Of a stretch of 32,000 nt of DNA, positions 1 to 9,271 are shown in pieces. The DNA comes from Candidatus Omnitrophota bacterium (GTDB taxonomy: Bacteria; Omnitrophota; Gorgyraeia; Zapsychrales; JANLHA01). Both the position numbers and the translations under genes were made by a program. The stretch is taken from assembly GCA_963662715.1 (NCBI GenBank), contig OY759724.1:2220001-2252000 (forward strand). The letters are read 5' to 3'. The notes under the pieces were generated by a model. That model saw only the letters and a program-made list of their open reading frames with translations. It ran no database searches and was not told where the DNA came from. Position 1 is the stretch's first letter; each line of letters starts with the position of its first letter.

Positions 1-596
1 AAAACCCGGCAGTGCTTCTCGTTACGCCCAAACTGGAGAAGAGTCTGCCGAAATTTCTCTCAGAACAGGAGATGGCGGAGTTAATAGAGTCTCCTTCTTT
101 TAACAACCTTTCGGACAAGAGGGATCGGGCTATATTGGAGACGCTTTACAGTTCCGGCTTGAGGGTTTCCGAGCTCGTCGGGTTAAATACCGGGGATGTG
201 GACTTTATCAGCAGTATCCTGCGGGTCAGGGGGAAAGGAAAAAAGGAACGATTGGTCCCTGTCGGACAGAAAGCTCTTGATGCACTTAAGCTTTATCTTG
301 ATGCCAGAAAAAAAGAGACCCGTGCCGTATTTTTAAACAAAAACCATACCCGGCTTTCGTCCCGAAGTGTCCGTAATATTATTAACAAACATATTTTGAT
401 CACAAGTTTGAGAATGAAAGTTTCTCCGCATGTGTTGCGGCATTCTTTCGCCACTCATTTACTCGAGCGGGGAGCTGATTTAAGATCAGTGCAGGAATTG
501 CTGGGACATGTGAACCTTTCGACAACTCAGATCTATACTCACGTGACAACGGAAAGGCTGAAGAGCGTCTATGACAGGGCTCATCCCCGTGCGTAG
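1..596 (+). CDS. Tyrosine site-specific recombinase, XerC/XerD family (C-terminal part; the 5' end lies upstream of the window)
   Basis: The reading frame is open to the window edge. It carries catalytic-domain motifs of tyrosine recombinases: GLRVSELVGL, HVLRHSFATHLLERGADLRSVQELLGH and TTQIYTHV (catalytic Tyr). It ends in HPRA, as XerC/XerD proteins do. The stop is TAG at 594-596. Confidence 0.85.
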   Translation, partial: NPAVLLVTPKLEKSLPKFLSEQEMAELIESPSFNNLSDKRDRAILETLYSSGLRVSELVGLNTGDVDFISSILRVRGKGKKERLVPVGQKALDALKLYLDARKKETRAVFLNKNHTRLSSRSVRNIINKHILITSLRMKVSPHVLRHSFATHLLERGADLRSVQELLGHVNLSTTQIYTHVTTERLKSVYDRAHPRA

Positions 597-633
597 CGCA
601 AAACCGTTCGTAACAAGCCGTTTGATATGCCCT

Positions 634-1890
634 ATGCCTTGGATTATTAATTTTCTTTTTTTTCTTGTTGCTGTTTTTTATGTGCCGTTATTATTTTTTA
701 AAGGCCGGTGGAGAAGTGCGGTTTTATCCCGCTTGAGACCTGTCCCTGAGGATATTAAAAAATTTTGCTCCGAAAATAAGATCATTTGGATTCATGCCGT
801 CAGCGTCGGGGAAGTTCAGGCGGTTATCCGTTTTGTCGGGCTGTTGAAAGTCCGGTTTCCCGGTTATAAAGTTGTCCTGACGACGGTCACAGGTACAGGG
901 TATCAATTGGCCCTTTCAAAAGTGGGGGCGGAAAGTCCGGTCCTTTATGCGCCTTTAGATTTCAGCTGGGTTGTCCAGAATTATATCCAAGCGTTTCAGC
1001 CGCGGGTTTATATTACGACTGAAACCGAGATCTGGCCGAATCTGTTCCTGGCGCTGACCAGGCGGCAAGTGCCTGTTATTTTATTTAATGGCCGTATTTC
1101 TGCGCGATCCTTTTCCAGATACCGCCGGGTCAAATTTTTCCTTCGTTTGATCCTTAAAAAAGTTTCTTTATGTTGTATGCAGACGGAAAAGGATGCCTTG
1201 AGAATCCGCGCTCTAGGGGTGCCCCGGGAAAGAATTCATGTCCTGGGGAGTGTTAAGTTTGACGATGCGTCCGCGAAACAGGGATATGACCGTGCGGAAT
1301 ACGGATATGCGGAAGATGATTTTATCCTTGTCGCCGGAAGCACGCACCCGGGGGAAGAAGGGGTCCTGCTGTCGACGTTTCAGAGACTGCAGAAAGAATT
1401 CCCCCGCCTGCATCTCATTTTAGCGCCCCGGCATATCGAACGGACTTCGGAGGTCATGGCTTTGATTGAAAATTCCGGTTATGTCGCTGTCCCCTGGACT
1501 AGGATAAAAACTGTTCCCATGCAGCCTCAGGTCGTTGTCGCGGTGGATACGATTGGCCACTTGCAGAAACTGTATTCTTTGGCCACAATCGTTTTTGTGG
1601 GAAAGAGCCTTTTGGGTAAAGGGGGGCAGAATATCATTGAGCCGGCTGTCTTTGGGAAACCCATTCTGGTCGGGCCTTATACGGAAAATTTTCAGCGTAT
1701 CGTTGAAATTTTTAAGGATCAAAAAGCCGTTATTCAGGTTGATCACCCAAGATCTTTAGAGCAGAACATGAGGGCCCTGTTGTCTGATAAGGCTTTAAGA
1801 AATGAATTGGGGCGCAATGCCAAGAATGTCATCCGGAACCACCAAGGAGCCACCGAAAACTCCCTTAACCTGATATCGCCTTTCCTTTAG
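634..1890 (+). CDS. waaA: 3-deoxy-D-manno-octulosonic acid (Kdo) transferase WaaA/KdtA (GT30)
   Basis: The ORF spans 571-1890, and 634 is the first ATG after the xer stop. The N-terminus is hydrophobic (MPWIINFLFFLVAVFYVPLLFF). The motif IWIHAVSVGEVQA is characteristic of Kdo transferases. Length is about 419 aa. An alternative in-frame TTG lies at 622. Confidence 0.9.
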   Translation: MPWIINFLFFLVAVFYVPLLFFKGRWRSAVLSRLRPVPEDIKKFCSENKIIWIHAVSVGEVQAVIRFVGLLKVRFPGYKVVLTTVTGTGYQLALSKVGAESPVLYAPLDFSWVVQNYIQAFQPRVYITTETEIWPNLFLALTRRQVPVILFNGRISARSFSRYRRVKFFLRLILKKVSLCCMQTEKDALRIRALGVPRERIHVLGSVKFDDASAKQGYDRAEYGYAEDDFILVAGSTHPGEEGVLLSTFQRLQKEFPRLHLILAPRHIERTSEVMALIENSGYVAVPWTRIKTVPMQPQVVVAVDTIGHLQKLYSLATIVFVGKSLLGKGGQNIIEPAVFGKPILVGPYTENFQRIVEIFKDQKAVIQVDHPRSLEQNMRALLSDKALRNELGRNAKNVIRNHQGATENSLNLISPFL

Positions 1891-1943
1891 AAATAATATA
1901 ATTATTGAAACAAATATTATAAAACTATAGTAAAATACACAAG

Positions 1944-3023
1944 ATGTCGTTACGTCATTATTATTATTTAATCGTAACAGATCAGGAAGCAGGCCTTTAT
2001 GCTTTTGTTGTGAAAATATTTTTGCGTCTGGCATCCTTCTTATACGTGTTTTTTGTCCGGATGATACTGGGCGCGTATGCTGTCAAACTGCTGCCGGTCC
2101 ATGATTTGGAGAAGCCGGTTCTCAGTGTCGGAAATATCACCTGGGGTGGAGTCGGTAAAACGCCGTTTGTGGAGTGGCTCACAGAATACTTTTTAAGCCG
2201 GAACCTTAAACCCGCTATTTTAACGCGGGGGTATATGCCGCAGCGGCGGAGATGGCAGGGCTGTCCCCCGGAAAGCGATGAAGTGCTTATGCTTCGCAGG
2301 CGGTTCCCGCAAGTTCCTGTTGTCATTGGTAAAGATCGTGTGCGAGGCGCGAAAGCCGTTTTACGGCGAACTCCTGTGGGGATGTTCATCCTGGATGACG
2401 GATTCCAGCAATGGGGGATCAGAAAAAAATTGGATATTGTGCTCATAGACGCGACCAACCCGTTTGGCAACGGATTTTTGTTGCCGCGAGGTCCGCTTCG
2501 GGAGCCTTTGTCTTCTTTAAAGAGAGCGGATATTTTTGTTATAACAAAGGCTCACCTGGAAAGAGGCCGTCTGGATTCGCTGACCAAAAAACTCAACCGG
2601 GTCAATCCGCAAGCTCTTGTCGTTGAGAGTGTCCATCAGCCCCGATCCTTGGTTTCTTTGCTCAGTCAGAGAAAAATGGATTTTTCCCTTATCGCCGGCC
2701 AGAATGTCTGTTTGGTCAGCAGCATCGGAGATCCGGCCTCCTTTGAAAGAACGGTGCAGCAACAGGGAGCCGTTGTTAAAGAAAGATTTTATTTTATGGA
2801 CCATGAGTGTTTCCTGCCTTCGGATTTGCAGCGCATAACCGAGGCTTGTCAGCGTCAGGGGATCAAACAGGTCATTATCACAGCTAAAGATGCGCCTAAA
2901 CTGCATCCCGGAGAAGACCCGTTCTTTTCGGATTTGCAGATTCTCATATTAAACATGGTCATTCAAATTACTCGAGGAAGAGAGGCCTTTGTTGATAGAG
3001 TCAACTCTGTATTACATTGTTAA
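1944..3023 (+). CDS. lpxK: Tetraacyldisaccharide 4'-kinase LpxK
   Basis: The P-loop VGNITWGGVGKTP and the following ILTRGY motif are typical of LpxK. There is an N-terminal hydrophobic helix. Length is 359 aa and the gene lies next to waaA. Confidence 0.9.
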   Translation: MSLRHYYYLIVTDQEAGLYAFVVKIFLRLASFLYVFFVRMILGAYAVKLLPVHDLEKPVLSVGNITWGGVGKTPFVEWLTEYFLSRNLKPAILTRGYMPQRRRWQGCPPESDEVLMLRRRFPQVPVVIGKDRVRGAKAVLRRTPVGMFILDDGFQQWGIRKKLDIVLIDATNPFGNGFLLPRGPLREPLSSLKRADIFVITKAHLERGRLDSLTKKLNRVNPQALVVESVHQPRSLVSLLSQRKMDFSLIAGQNVCLVSSIGDPASFERTVQQQGAVVKERFYFMDHECFLPSDLQRITEACQRQGIKQVIITAKDAPKLHPGEDPFFSDLQILILNMVIQITRGREAFVDRVNSVLHC

Positions 3024-4956
3024 AATTTGTGGAGCCGTTATCCGGATGCTGCCGGTTGAATGGTCATTATTCTTGGGCCGTCTTTTGGGCTGGTTGGCTT
3101 ATTTATTTGACGTAAAGCATAAAGATCAAGTCCTGCTGAATTTAAAGATTGCTTTCTCCGGGGAGAAAACGCCTCAGGAAATCCGGTCGATTGCCAAAGC
3201 TGTGTTTATGAATTTCGGGCAGCATATGATCGAACTTTTGCGGTTGCCTCGCATGAATGAGGAAACGTTTAAACGCTATGTAAAGATTGAAGGGCGGGAA
3301 CATGTCGAGGAGGCTTTGCAGGAAGGCAAAGGCGTCATTCTTTTGGCCATGCATACAGGGAGCTGGGAACTGGCTAATTTGGCAAGTTCAATGCTAGGCG
3401 GGGTCTATAAAGTGATGGTCAATCCCCAGGCAAGATTTTCCCGCCTGGACGAACTGCTTAATTCGTACCGTTCCTGCGGCGGATCCGTTGTTTTAGAAAG
3501 AGGGGCGGGGACGCGGGAACTGCTTAAGAGCCTTAAAATGAATGAAATTGTCGCTATGGTCGTGGACCAGGGAGGCAAGAGCGGGCAAAGGGTCCCCTTC
3601 TTCAACCGGGAAGCAAGCCTTTCTGTCGGGGCGGTTCGTATTGCACTGAAGTCCGATACTCCTGTTTGTTTCGCGATTATTCAAAGAGAACGCGGGCCGT
3701 ATCATCGTCTCACGATTCATAAAAAACTGCATTTTATTAAAACAGGTCATACGCAGAACGATATCCGGACGAATCTTCAGCAGATTGCCCGGATTATGGA
3801 AGGATATATCAGGTCGAATCCTCTGGAATACATGTGGTTTTACAAAATTTGGAAATATTCCAATGACTATGAAGCTATTATTCTTAATGATAAGCGGACG
3901 GGGCATCTGCGGCAATCCCAGACGGTCGCGCATTTATTGGAATCGCATTTAAAAGAACAAAGTAAGACGTGTAAAACAAAGATTGTGGATGTCACTTACC
4001 GTAACATGGCCCTGGCGAGAGTCCTGATGCTCTGCACTTTTTTTGCGACCAGCCTGCTTCGTAATTTTAGGGTCGGCCTTTTGCGTTTATGCCTGACCCC
4101 GGATTCTTTCCGGGACATCTTCTCTCTGAAGCCCGATTTTATCATCTCCTGCGGGTCAGCCGCTGCGTATGTCAATTATTTGTTAGCCAAGGAACAGTAT
4201 GCTAAAAATATCGCTGTATTGAAACCGGGGAGCCTTAATTATCGGCACTATGATTTGAACATTTTGCCCGAGCATGACCGGAAGTGGGAGAAGGTTTATG
4301 ATTCTAACGTGATTTATACCAAAGGAGCTCCGAATCTTATTACGAAAAATTATTTGCAGGAGAACAGTGAGAAATTGCTGAAGCGCTTTTCGCATCTCAA
4401 AATAGGAGACAATTATAAAATTGGCGTTCTTCTGGGCGGAGATACAAAGGATTTTGTCCTGTCGGCCAGTAAGGTTAAACTGATGTTGCACCAGCTTGTT
4501 GAAGCTTCTGAGGAAATGAATGCAGATATTCTGTTCACCACTTCCCGCCGGACATCGGAAAAAGTGGAAGGTCTTATTTACCGCCATTTGAAACGTTTCC
4601 CCCGTTGTCGGCTCTTGATCCTGGCCAACCGCAATAATGTGCCTGAAGCGGTCGGAGGGATTCTGGGGCTGTCGGATATCGTTATCGTTTCAGGGGACAG
4701 CATTTCTATGATTTCGGAAGCGGCCTGCTCGGGGAAGAAAACGATTGTTTTCCCCGTCCAGAGCCGGTTTTCTTTAAGGGGAAAGGATTTGAAACACAAC
4801 CGGTTTATTGATTTGTTAACAGAACAGGGGTATATTCTCTCTTCGGATGTCAAACATATAAAACAGGCCGTATATAACCTTGTCAAAAATAAAATCCAGC
4901 TGCGGATCCTGGATGACAATTCCGTTATCAAGGTCGGATTAAAGCGAATCATATAA
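2989..4956 (+). CDS. Fusion protein: LpxL/HtrB-family lipid A late acyltransferase (aa 1-290) plus an ELM1/DUF1022-family domain (aa 296-655)
   Basis: The ORF is continuous over 655 aa. The N-terminal half has the acyltransferase dyad MHTGSWE (HX4E, His codon at 3352) and the family-typical C-terminal EYMWFYKIWK. The C-terminal half, from nt 3874, has ELM1-family motifs: ILNDKRTGHLRQSQ, ILPEHD, GVLLGGDTKDF, FTTSRRT and SGDSISMISEA. The start is uncertain. TTG at 2989 overlaps lpxK by 35 nt, and ATG at 3046 is the alternative. Confidence 0.8.
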   Translation: MLIESTLYYIVKICGAVIRMLPVEWSLFLGRLLGWLAYLFDVKHKDQVLLNLKIAFSGEKTPQEIRSIAKAVFMNFGQHMIELLRLPRMNEETFKRYVKIEGREHVEEALQEGKGVILLAMHTGSWELANLASSMLGGVYKVMVNPQARFSRLDELLNSYRSCGGSVVLERGAGTRELLKSLKMNEIVAMVVDQGGKSGQRVPFFNREASLSVGAVRIALKSDTPVCFAIIQRERGPYHRLTIHKKLHFIKTGHTQNDIRTNLQQIARIMEGYIRSNPLEYMWFYKIWKYSNDYEAIILNDKRTGHLRQSQTVAHLLESHLKEQSKTCKTKIVDVTYRNMALARVLMLCTFFATSLLRNFRVGLLRLCLTPDSFRDIFSLKPDFIISCGSAAAYVNYLLAKEQYAKNIAVLKPGSLNYRHYDLNILPEHDRKWEKVYDSNVIYTKGAPNLITKNYLQENSEKLLKRFSHLKIGDNYKIGVLLGGDTKDFVLSASKVKLMLHQLVEASEEMNADILFTTSRRTSEKVEGLIYRHLKRFPRCRLLILANRNNVPEAVGGILGLSDIVIVSGDSISMISEAACSGKKTIVFPVQSRFSLRGKDLKHNRFIDLLTEQGYILSSDVKHIKQAVYNLVKNKIQLRILDDNSVIKVGLKRII

Positions 4957-4984
4957 TTTTTCTCAATGATACTATTCTGAAAAA

Positions 4985-7093
4985 ATGAAATTGCGGATTT
5001 TACAGGTTTTGCCGGAATTGAATGTGGGGGGTGTGGAAACCGGAACCATTGATCTGGCCAAATATTTAAAAGAACATGGCCATACCCCGGTTGTCGTGTC
5101 AAATGGCGGAAGCCTTGTCCATGAGCTCGAGGACATGGGCATTGTTCATTATACGTTACCCGTCCATAAGAAATCATTTCTTACAGTTTTAAAATCCATA
5201 AAATTGCTGCGGGAGATCATCCGGGAGGAAAAGATTGATGTCGTTCATGCCCGATCTCGTATCCCCGGATGGATTGCCTTCTTTGCCTGCCGGGGGACCG
5301 AGGCCGAGTTTATAACCACCTGTCACGGCTATTATTCAACCCATCTGCTGAGCCGGGTCATGGGGTGGGGGAAGCTCGTTATTGTCCCCAGTGAAGTCAT
5401 CGGCCGGCATATGATAGAAGATTTCTCCGTCCCGGCTGATCATATCCGGTGTGTGCCCCGAAGCGTTGATCTGGGCCGGTTCAACGTGTCGCAGGAACCT
5501 CCCAAAGCCAAGACGACTTTTACGATCTCGATTGTCGGCCGTTTGACTCCGCTGAAAGGGCATGTTTATTTTCTGAAAGCCATGGCGAAGGTTGTGCGCA
5601 TTATGCCTTATGTGAAAATCTGGATTATCGGAGAGGCTCCTGCGCATAAAGAAAACTACCGGATGGAATTAGAAGCTTTGACGCGCCGTTTGGGACTGAC
5701 AGATGTCGTTGAATTCCTGGGGAACCGCAAAGATGTTCCGCAGCTTTTGTCCCAGACGGATGTGTTGGTGCTGGCGTCCACGGTCCCGGAAGCTTTTGGC
5801 CGGGTTATCATTGAGGCCCAGGCGATGAGCGTTCCTGTTGTCGCCACGAAAGTCGGCGGTGTCGTTGAAATTATCGATCATGAAAAGACCGGCCTGCTGG
5901 TTTTGCCGAAAGACCCCGAGGCGATGGCCCAGGCTGTTATCCGTTTGTTGCAGGACCGCCGCTTTGCTCAGGAAATGACAAGGCAGGCGAAGAAAAAACT
6001 GATGGGGAAATACACTCTTGAACATATGGCCAAAAAGACGCTGGCTGTTTATAAGGAACTCCTGAAATCCTTAAACATTTTGGTTATTAAACTGAGTTCC
6101 GTCGGGGATGTCATCCTGGTGACGGCTTCGCTCAAGGCGATCCGGCAAAGATTCCCTCGTGCGAAAATTGTGTGTTTGATTGGGGAAGAGTCCCGGGAAA
6201 TTTTGCAGAGGTGTCCCTATATTGATGAACTGATGATTATTGATGTCAAGAATCCCAAGGGAAGACTCTGGCGTATCTTGAAATACGGAAGGAAATTGGC
6301 GCGGTATAAATTTGACAAAGTGATTGATTTTCAAAACAATCGTATGAGTCACCTCCTGTGTTTTTTGGGATTTTCCAGAGAAAGTTATGGTTACCGGAAT
6401 CATAAGTGGGGGTTCTTTTTAAGCCGCCCGGTGATGCCGCCCGACCATCATATGCCGCCCGTTCCGCATCAATTTCAGATCTTGAAAGCGCTGGAGATAG
6501 ATTATCATGAAGACATGCGGCTGGAATTATGGCCTTCTGAAAGGGATCATAAAAATGTTGAAGATTTATTCGAATCAGAATGGCTGGGGGGGCAACATTC
6601 TGTCGTGGGGCTTCACCTGTCGGCATCCCCACGATGGGGGACGAAGAACTGGCCCGTGGCTTATGCCGCGAAGCTTTGTGATTTATTGGCAGCAAGAAAT
6701 ATACGGGTTGTTATCACGGGCGCCGAGAAAGATGCCGGGTTGGGCCAGCAGCTTATGGCTTTGGCAAAGTCTAAGCCGGCAAACTTAATCGGTAAAACGA
6801 ATATTTTGGAGCTGGCTGTTTTGATTTCCAAATGCAAGGTTTTTATCGCTCCTGATACGGCCCCCATGCACATCGCGGCCGCGATGAAAACCCCTTTTAT
6901 CGTCTTCTTCGGCCCGACATCGGCCTTCCGCCATTTGCCCCCGGCAGACTCCTATGTCGTTTTTCAGAAAAAGTTGCCGTGCGTTCCTTGTTACAGCTCG
7001 TCTTGCCGGATTAAAACCCATGCGTGTATGACTGAAATCACCCCGGAGGAGGTTGCCGTGCAAGTCTCCCGCTTGTTGAAAGAGACATCATGA
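4985..7093 (+). CDS. Fusion protein: GT4 glycosyltransferase (aa 1-361) plus GT9 heptosyltransferase-family domain (aa 363-702)
   Basis: The ORF is continuous over 702 aa. The N-terminal half has LNVGGVETG and the GT4 E-x7-E region EAFGRVIIEAQAMSVPVVATKVGGVVEIIDHEKTGLLV. The C-terminal half starts at nt 6071 with ILVIKLSSVGDVILVTASLKAIRQRFP, followed by FIAPDTAPMHIAAAM and FFGPT, which are typical of GT9. It ends with a Cys-rich tail (CVPCYSSSCRIKTHAC). Confidence 0.8.
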   Translation: MKLRILQVLPELNVGGVETGTIDLAKYLKEHGHTPVVVSNGGSLVHELEDMGIVHYTLPVHKKSFLTVLKSIKLLREIIREEKIDVVHARSRIPGWIAFFACRGTEAEFITTCHGYYSTHLLSRVMGWGKLVIVPSEVIGRHMIEDFSVPADHIRCVPRSVDLGRFNVSQEPPKAKTTFTISIVGRLTPLKGHVYFLKAMAKVVRIMPYVKIWIIGEAPAHKENYRMELEALTRRLGLTDVVEFLGNRKDVPQLLSQTDVLVLASTVPEAFGRVIIEAQAMSVPVVATKVGGVVEIIDHEKTGLLVLPKDPEAMAQAVIRLLQDRRFAQEMTRQAKKKLMGKYTLEHMAKKTLAVYKELLKSLNILVIKLSSVGDVILVTASLKAIRQRFPRAKIVCLIGEESREILQRCPYIDELMIIDVKNPKGRLWRILKYGRKLARYKFDKVIDFQNNRMSHLLCFLGFSRESYGYRNHKWGFFLSRPVMPPDHHMPPVPHQFQILKALEIDYHEDMRLELWPSERDHKNVEDLFESEWLGGQHSVVGLHLSASPRWGTKNWPVAYAAKLCDLLAARNIRVVITGAEKDAGLGQQLMALAKSKPANLIGKTNILELAVLISKCKVFIAPDTAPMHIAAAMKTPFIVFFGPTSAFRHLPPADSYVVFQKKLPCVPCYSSSCRIKTHACMTEITPEEVAVQVSRLLKETS

Positions 7094-8190
7094 AAATCCT
7101 TTTTTTGACGACTCATTTGAACGTGGGCGGTATCACCTCCTATCTCTGGACATTAAGCCGCGGTCTGATATCATCGGGACATTCCGTCTATATCGCTTCC
7201 TCCGGGGGCAACAGGCAGGATGATTTCATGTCCTTAGGGGTTCGTCTTTATCCTGTCAATATCCGGACAAAATCGGAACTTGACATCCGCATTTATTGGG
7301 CCACCTATCGTCTGCGTTCTTTCATCAGGGAAGAAGGTATTCAGCTCGTTCACGCTCAGACACGGGTGACTCAAGTGATGGGTGATTTGCTCAAGAGAAT
7401 AACGGGGACGGCTTTTTGTTCGACCTGCCACGGATTTTTTAAACCCAGATGGTCAAGAAAAGTTTTCCCGTGCTGGGGCGATTCCGTTGTCGCAATTAGT
7501 CCGGCTGTCGAGGAACATCTGCGAAACGATTTTCGCATTGAACCCAGCCGGATTGTTTTGATAAGGCATGGCCTTGATCTGGCGTCTTTCTCCTTGAAGT
7601 CCCCGGAGGAAAAACAGAAGATGAAAGCGAGATTCCATATCCAGCAAGGGCCGGTGCTGGGGATTATTGCCAGGTTGTCGGATGTCAAAGGACATTCTGT
7701 CCTGCTCGATGCCATGCCCGACGTGCTGTCCCGGTTTCCCGGAGTGCGGCTTGTCATCGTCGGGGAAGGTCCTATGGAGGCTTGCTTAAAAGAAAAGGTT
7801 TTGTCCTTGGGGATAAAAGAGCATGTGATTTTTTTCCCTGTTGTCAATCAGACTTCGGACATGTTGTCTCTGTTGGACGTTTTCGTGCTGCCTTCTCTCC
7901 AGGAAGGACTGGGGTTGTCTGTCATGGAGGCCCAGGCTGCCGGCCTGCCTGTTGTGGTCTCCCGTGTCGGCGGTCTTCCCAGCCTTGTTCAAGACAGGGA
8001 AACTGGACGTTTGTTTGAGCCCCGGAACAGCCGGCAGCTGGCGGAGGTTCTCCTTGATGTTTTGACGCACCCTCAGGAAGCGGCTGCTATGGGGCGGCGG
8101 GCAAGGGCGTTTATTGAACGGGAATTCTCGGCTGAGAAAATGGTGCAGGAAACCGTCCTCATGTGCCAGCGCCTCATAAAGAGTTCTTAG
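7090..8190 (+). CDS. Glycosyltransferase family 4 (LPS core glycosyltransferase candidate)
   Basis: The ATG overlaps the upstream stop (ATGA at 7090-7093). Motifs are LNVGGITSY and the E-x7-E region EGLGLSVMEAQAAGLPVVVSRVGGLPSLVQDRETGRL. Length is 366 aa. Confidence 0.85.
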   Translation: MKILFLTTHLNVGGITSYLWTLSRGLISSGHSVYIASSGGNRQDDFMSLGVRLYPVNIRTKSELDIRIYWATYRLRSFIREEGIQLVHAQTRVTQVMGDLLKRITGTAFCSTCHGFFKPRWSRKVFPCWGDSVVAISPAVEEHLRNDFRIEPSRIVLIRHGLDLASFSLKSPEEKQKMKARFHIQQGPVLGIIARLSDVKGHSVLLDAMPDVLSRFPGVRLVIVGEGPMEACLKEKVLSLGIKEHVIFFPVVNQTSDMLSLLDVFVLPSLQEGLGLSVMEAQAAGLPVVVSRVGGLPSLVQDRETGRLFEPRNSRQLAEVLLDVLTHPQEAAAMGRRARAFIEREFSAEKMVQETVLMCQRLIKSS

Positions 8191-8241
8191 AAATTTATCG
8201 CGCAATAACAGTGATTTGTTCTGTTGAACAATAAGGGAATC

Positions 8242-9264
8242 ATGAAACGAATTCTTGTTGTTAATGTCAATTGGGTCGGAGACGTGGTTTTTTCAACACC
8301 GGTTTTTAAAGCGATCAGAGCCAATTGGCCGGAGGCCTTTATTGCCTGTATGGCCGTTCCCCGGGTAAAAGAGATATTGGAAAGCTGTCCTGATATCCAT
8401 GAGATTATTGAATATGATGAACGGGGCCGGCATCAGGGACTTTGGGGAAAGATCCAGCTCGTTTCAACGTTGAGACGTCATCATTTTGATGCCGCGTTCC
8501 TTCTTCATAGATCCTGGACCCGGGCCTTTCTTGTTTATTTGGCGGGCATAAGGGAACGCGTGGGTTATGACACGAAAAAGCGGGGGAAGTTCCTGACGCA
8601 CAAAATTCCTCTCCCTCAGGAGTTGTCTCACCGTTCTGATTTTTACCTTAATGTGATCAAACACTACGGCTTGAAAGTGGAAGACCGCACGTGCGAATTA
8701 AGCGTCGACAGGCAGGCCCAAAAGCAAATGGATGACATGTTGTCCCGCCATAACATCTCGCAGACGGACACTGTCATTATTGTCAACGTTGGCGGGAACT
8801 GGGATCTTAAGAAATGGCCGCTTGACCATTTCTCAGAGCTTTTATCCCGCCTGACGCAGGAATGTCCTGTGAAAATCGTCATTCCCGGGGCAGCCAAAGA
8901 TCTTGAGGTTGCCCGGGAGATCAGCCGCAAAGCCGGTGTTCAGCCTGTTGTTCTTGCGGGGCAGACGAATCTCAAGCAATTAATAGCTTTGATGAAAAGA
9001 GCCTTCCTGGTCATCTCGGCGGATTCCGGGCCTATGCACATTGCCAGTTCCGTGGGAACGAATGGTATCGCTCTTTTTGGCCCGACCCGGCCGGAATTAA
9101 CCGGTCCGAGAGGGAAGGGGGTCTTCCATGTGTTACAAAAAGATGTGGGGTGTAACCGGCAGGCCTGTTATTTCCTGCAATGCCCGGATAACGTGTGTAT
9201 GCAGTCTGTGACCGTGGATGACGTTATGAGGGCTGTCCGGCCATTACTGGAAAAAGCTCAATGA
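8242..9264 (+). CDS. Glycosyltransferase family 9 (heptosyltransferase family)
   Basis: Motifs are MKRILVVNVNWVGDVVFSTPVFKAIRANWP, HRSDFYLNVIKHYG, ISADSGPMHIASSVG and LFGPT. The ATG at 8242 is preceded by AAGGGAA at 8233-8239. The ORF track begins at TTG 8224. Confidence 0.85.
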   Translation: MKRILVVNVNWVGDVVFSTPVFKAIRANWPEAFIACMAVPRVKEILESCPDIHEIIEYDERGRHQGLWGKIQLVSTLRRHHFDAAFLLHRSWTRAFLVYLAGIRERVGYDTKKRGKFLTHKIPLPQELSHRSDFYLNVIKHYGLKVEDRTCELSVDRQAQKQMDDMLSRHNISQTDTVIIVNVGGNWDLKKWPLDHFSELLSRLTQECPVKIVIPGAAKDLEVAREISRKAGVQPVVLAGQTNLKQLIALMKRAFLVISADSGPMHIASSVGTNGIALFGPTRPELTGPRGKGVFHVLQKDVGCNRQACYFLQCPDNVCMQSVTVDDVMRAVRPLLEKAQ

Positions 9265-9271
9265 AAAAGCG

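Noticed and set aside
1-596. Tyrosine recombinase considered as a possible integrase marking a mobile element or genomic island boundary.
   Set aside because: The C-terminal motifs, including the terminal HPRA, fit housekeeping XerC/XerD. The downstream genes are core LPS genes on the same strand with a 37-nt gap. No att-like repeats, tRNA or phage genes are visible.
4578-5177. A 199-aa minus-strand ORF spanning the junction of the LpxL-ELM1 and GT4-GT9 genes.
   Set aside because: It overlaps two well-supported + strand genes, and its translation has no family features. The same reasoning applies to the other minus-strand ORFs in the track, for example 22106-22627, 25615-26136, 12602-13147 and 1997-2470.
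7100-7106. Homopolymer tracts (T7 at the 5' end of the GT4 gene; G7 at 27864-27870 in dxr) considered as phase-variation switches for LPS genes.
   Set aside because: The tracts are short, encode ordinary residues (L-F-L and S-G-G), and one lies in an essential gene. No longer simple-sequence repeat is present in any glycosyltransferase here.
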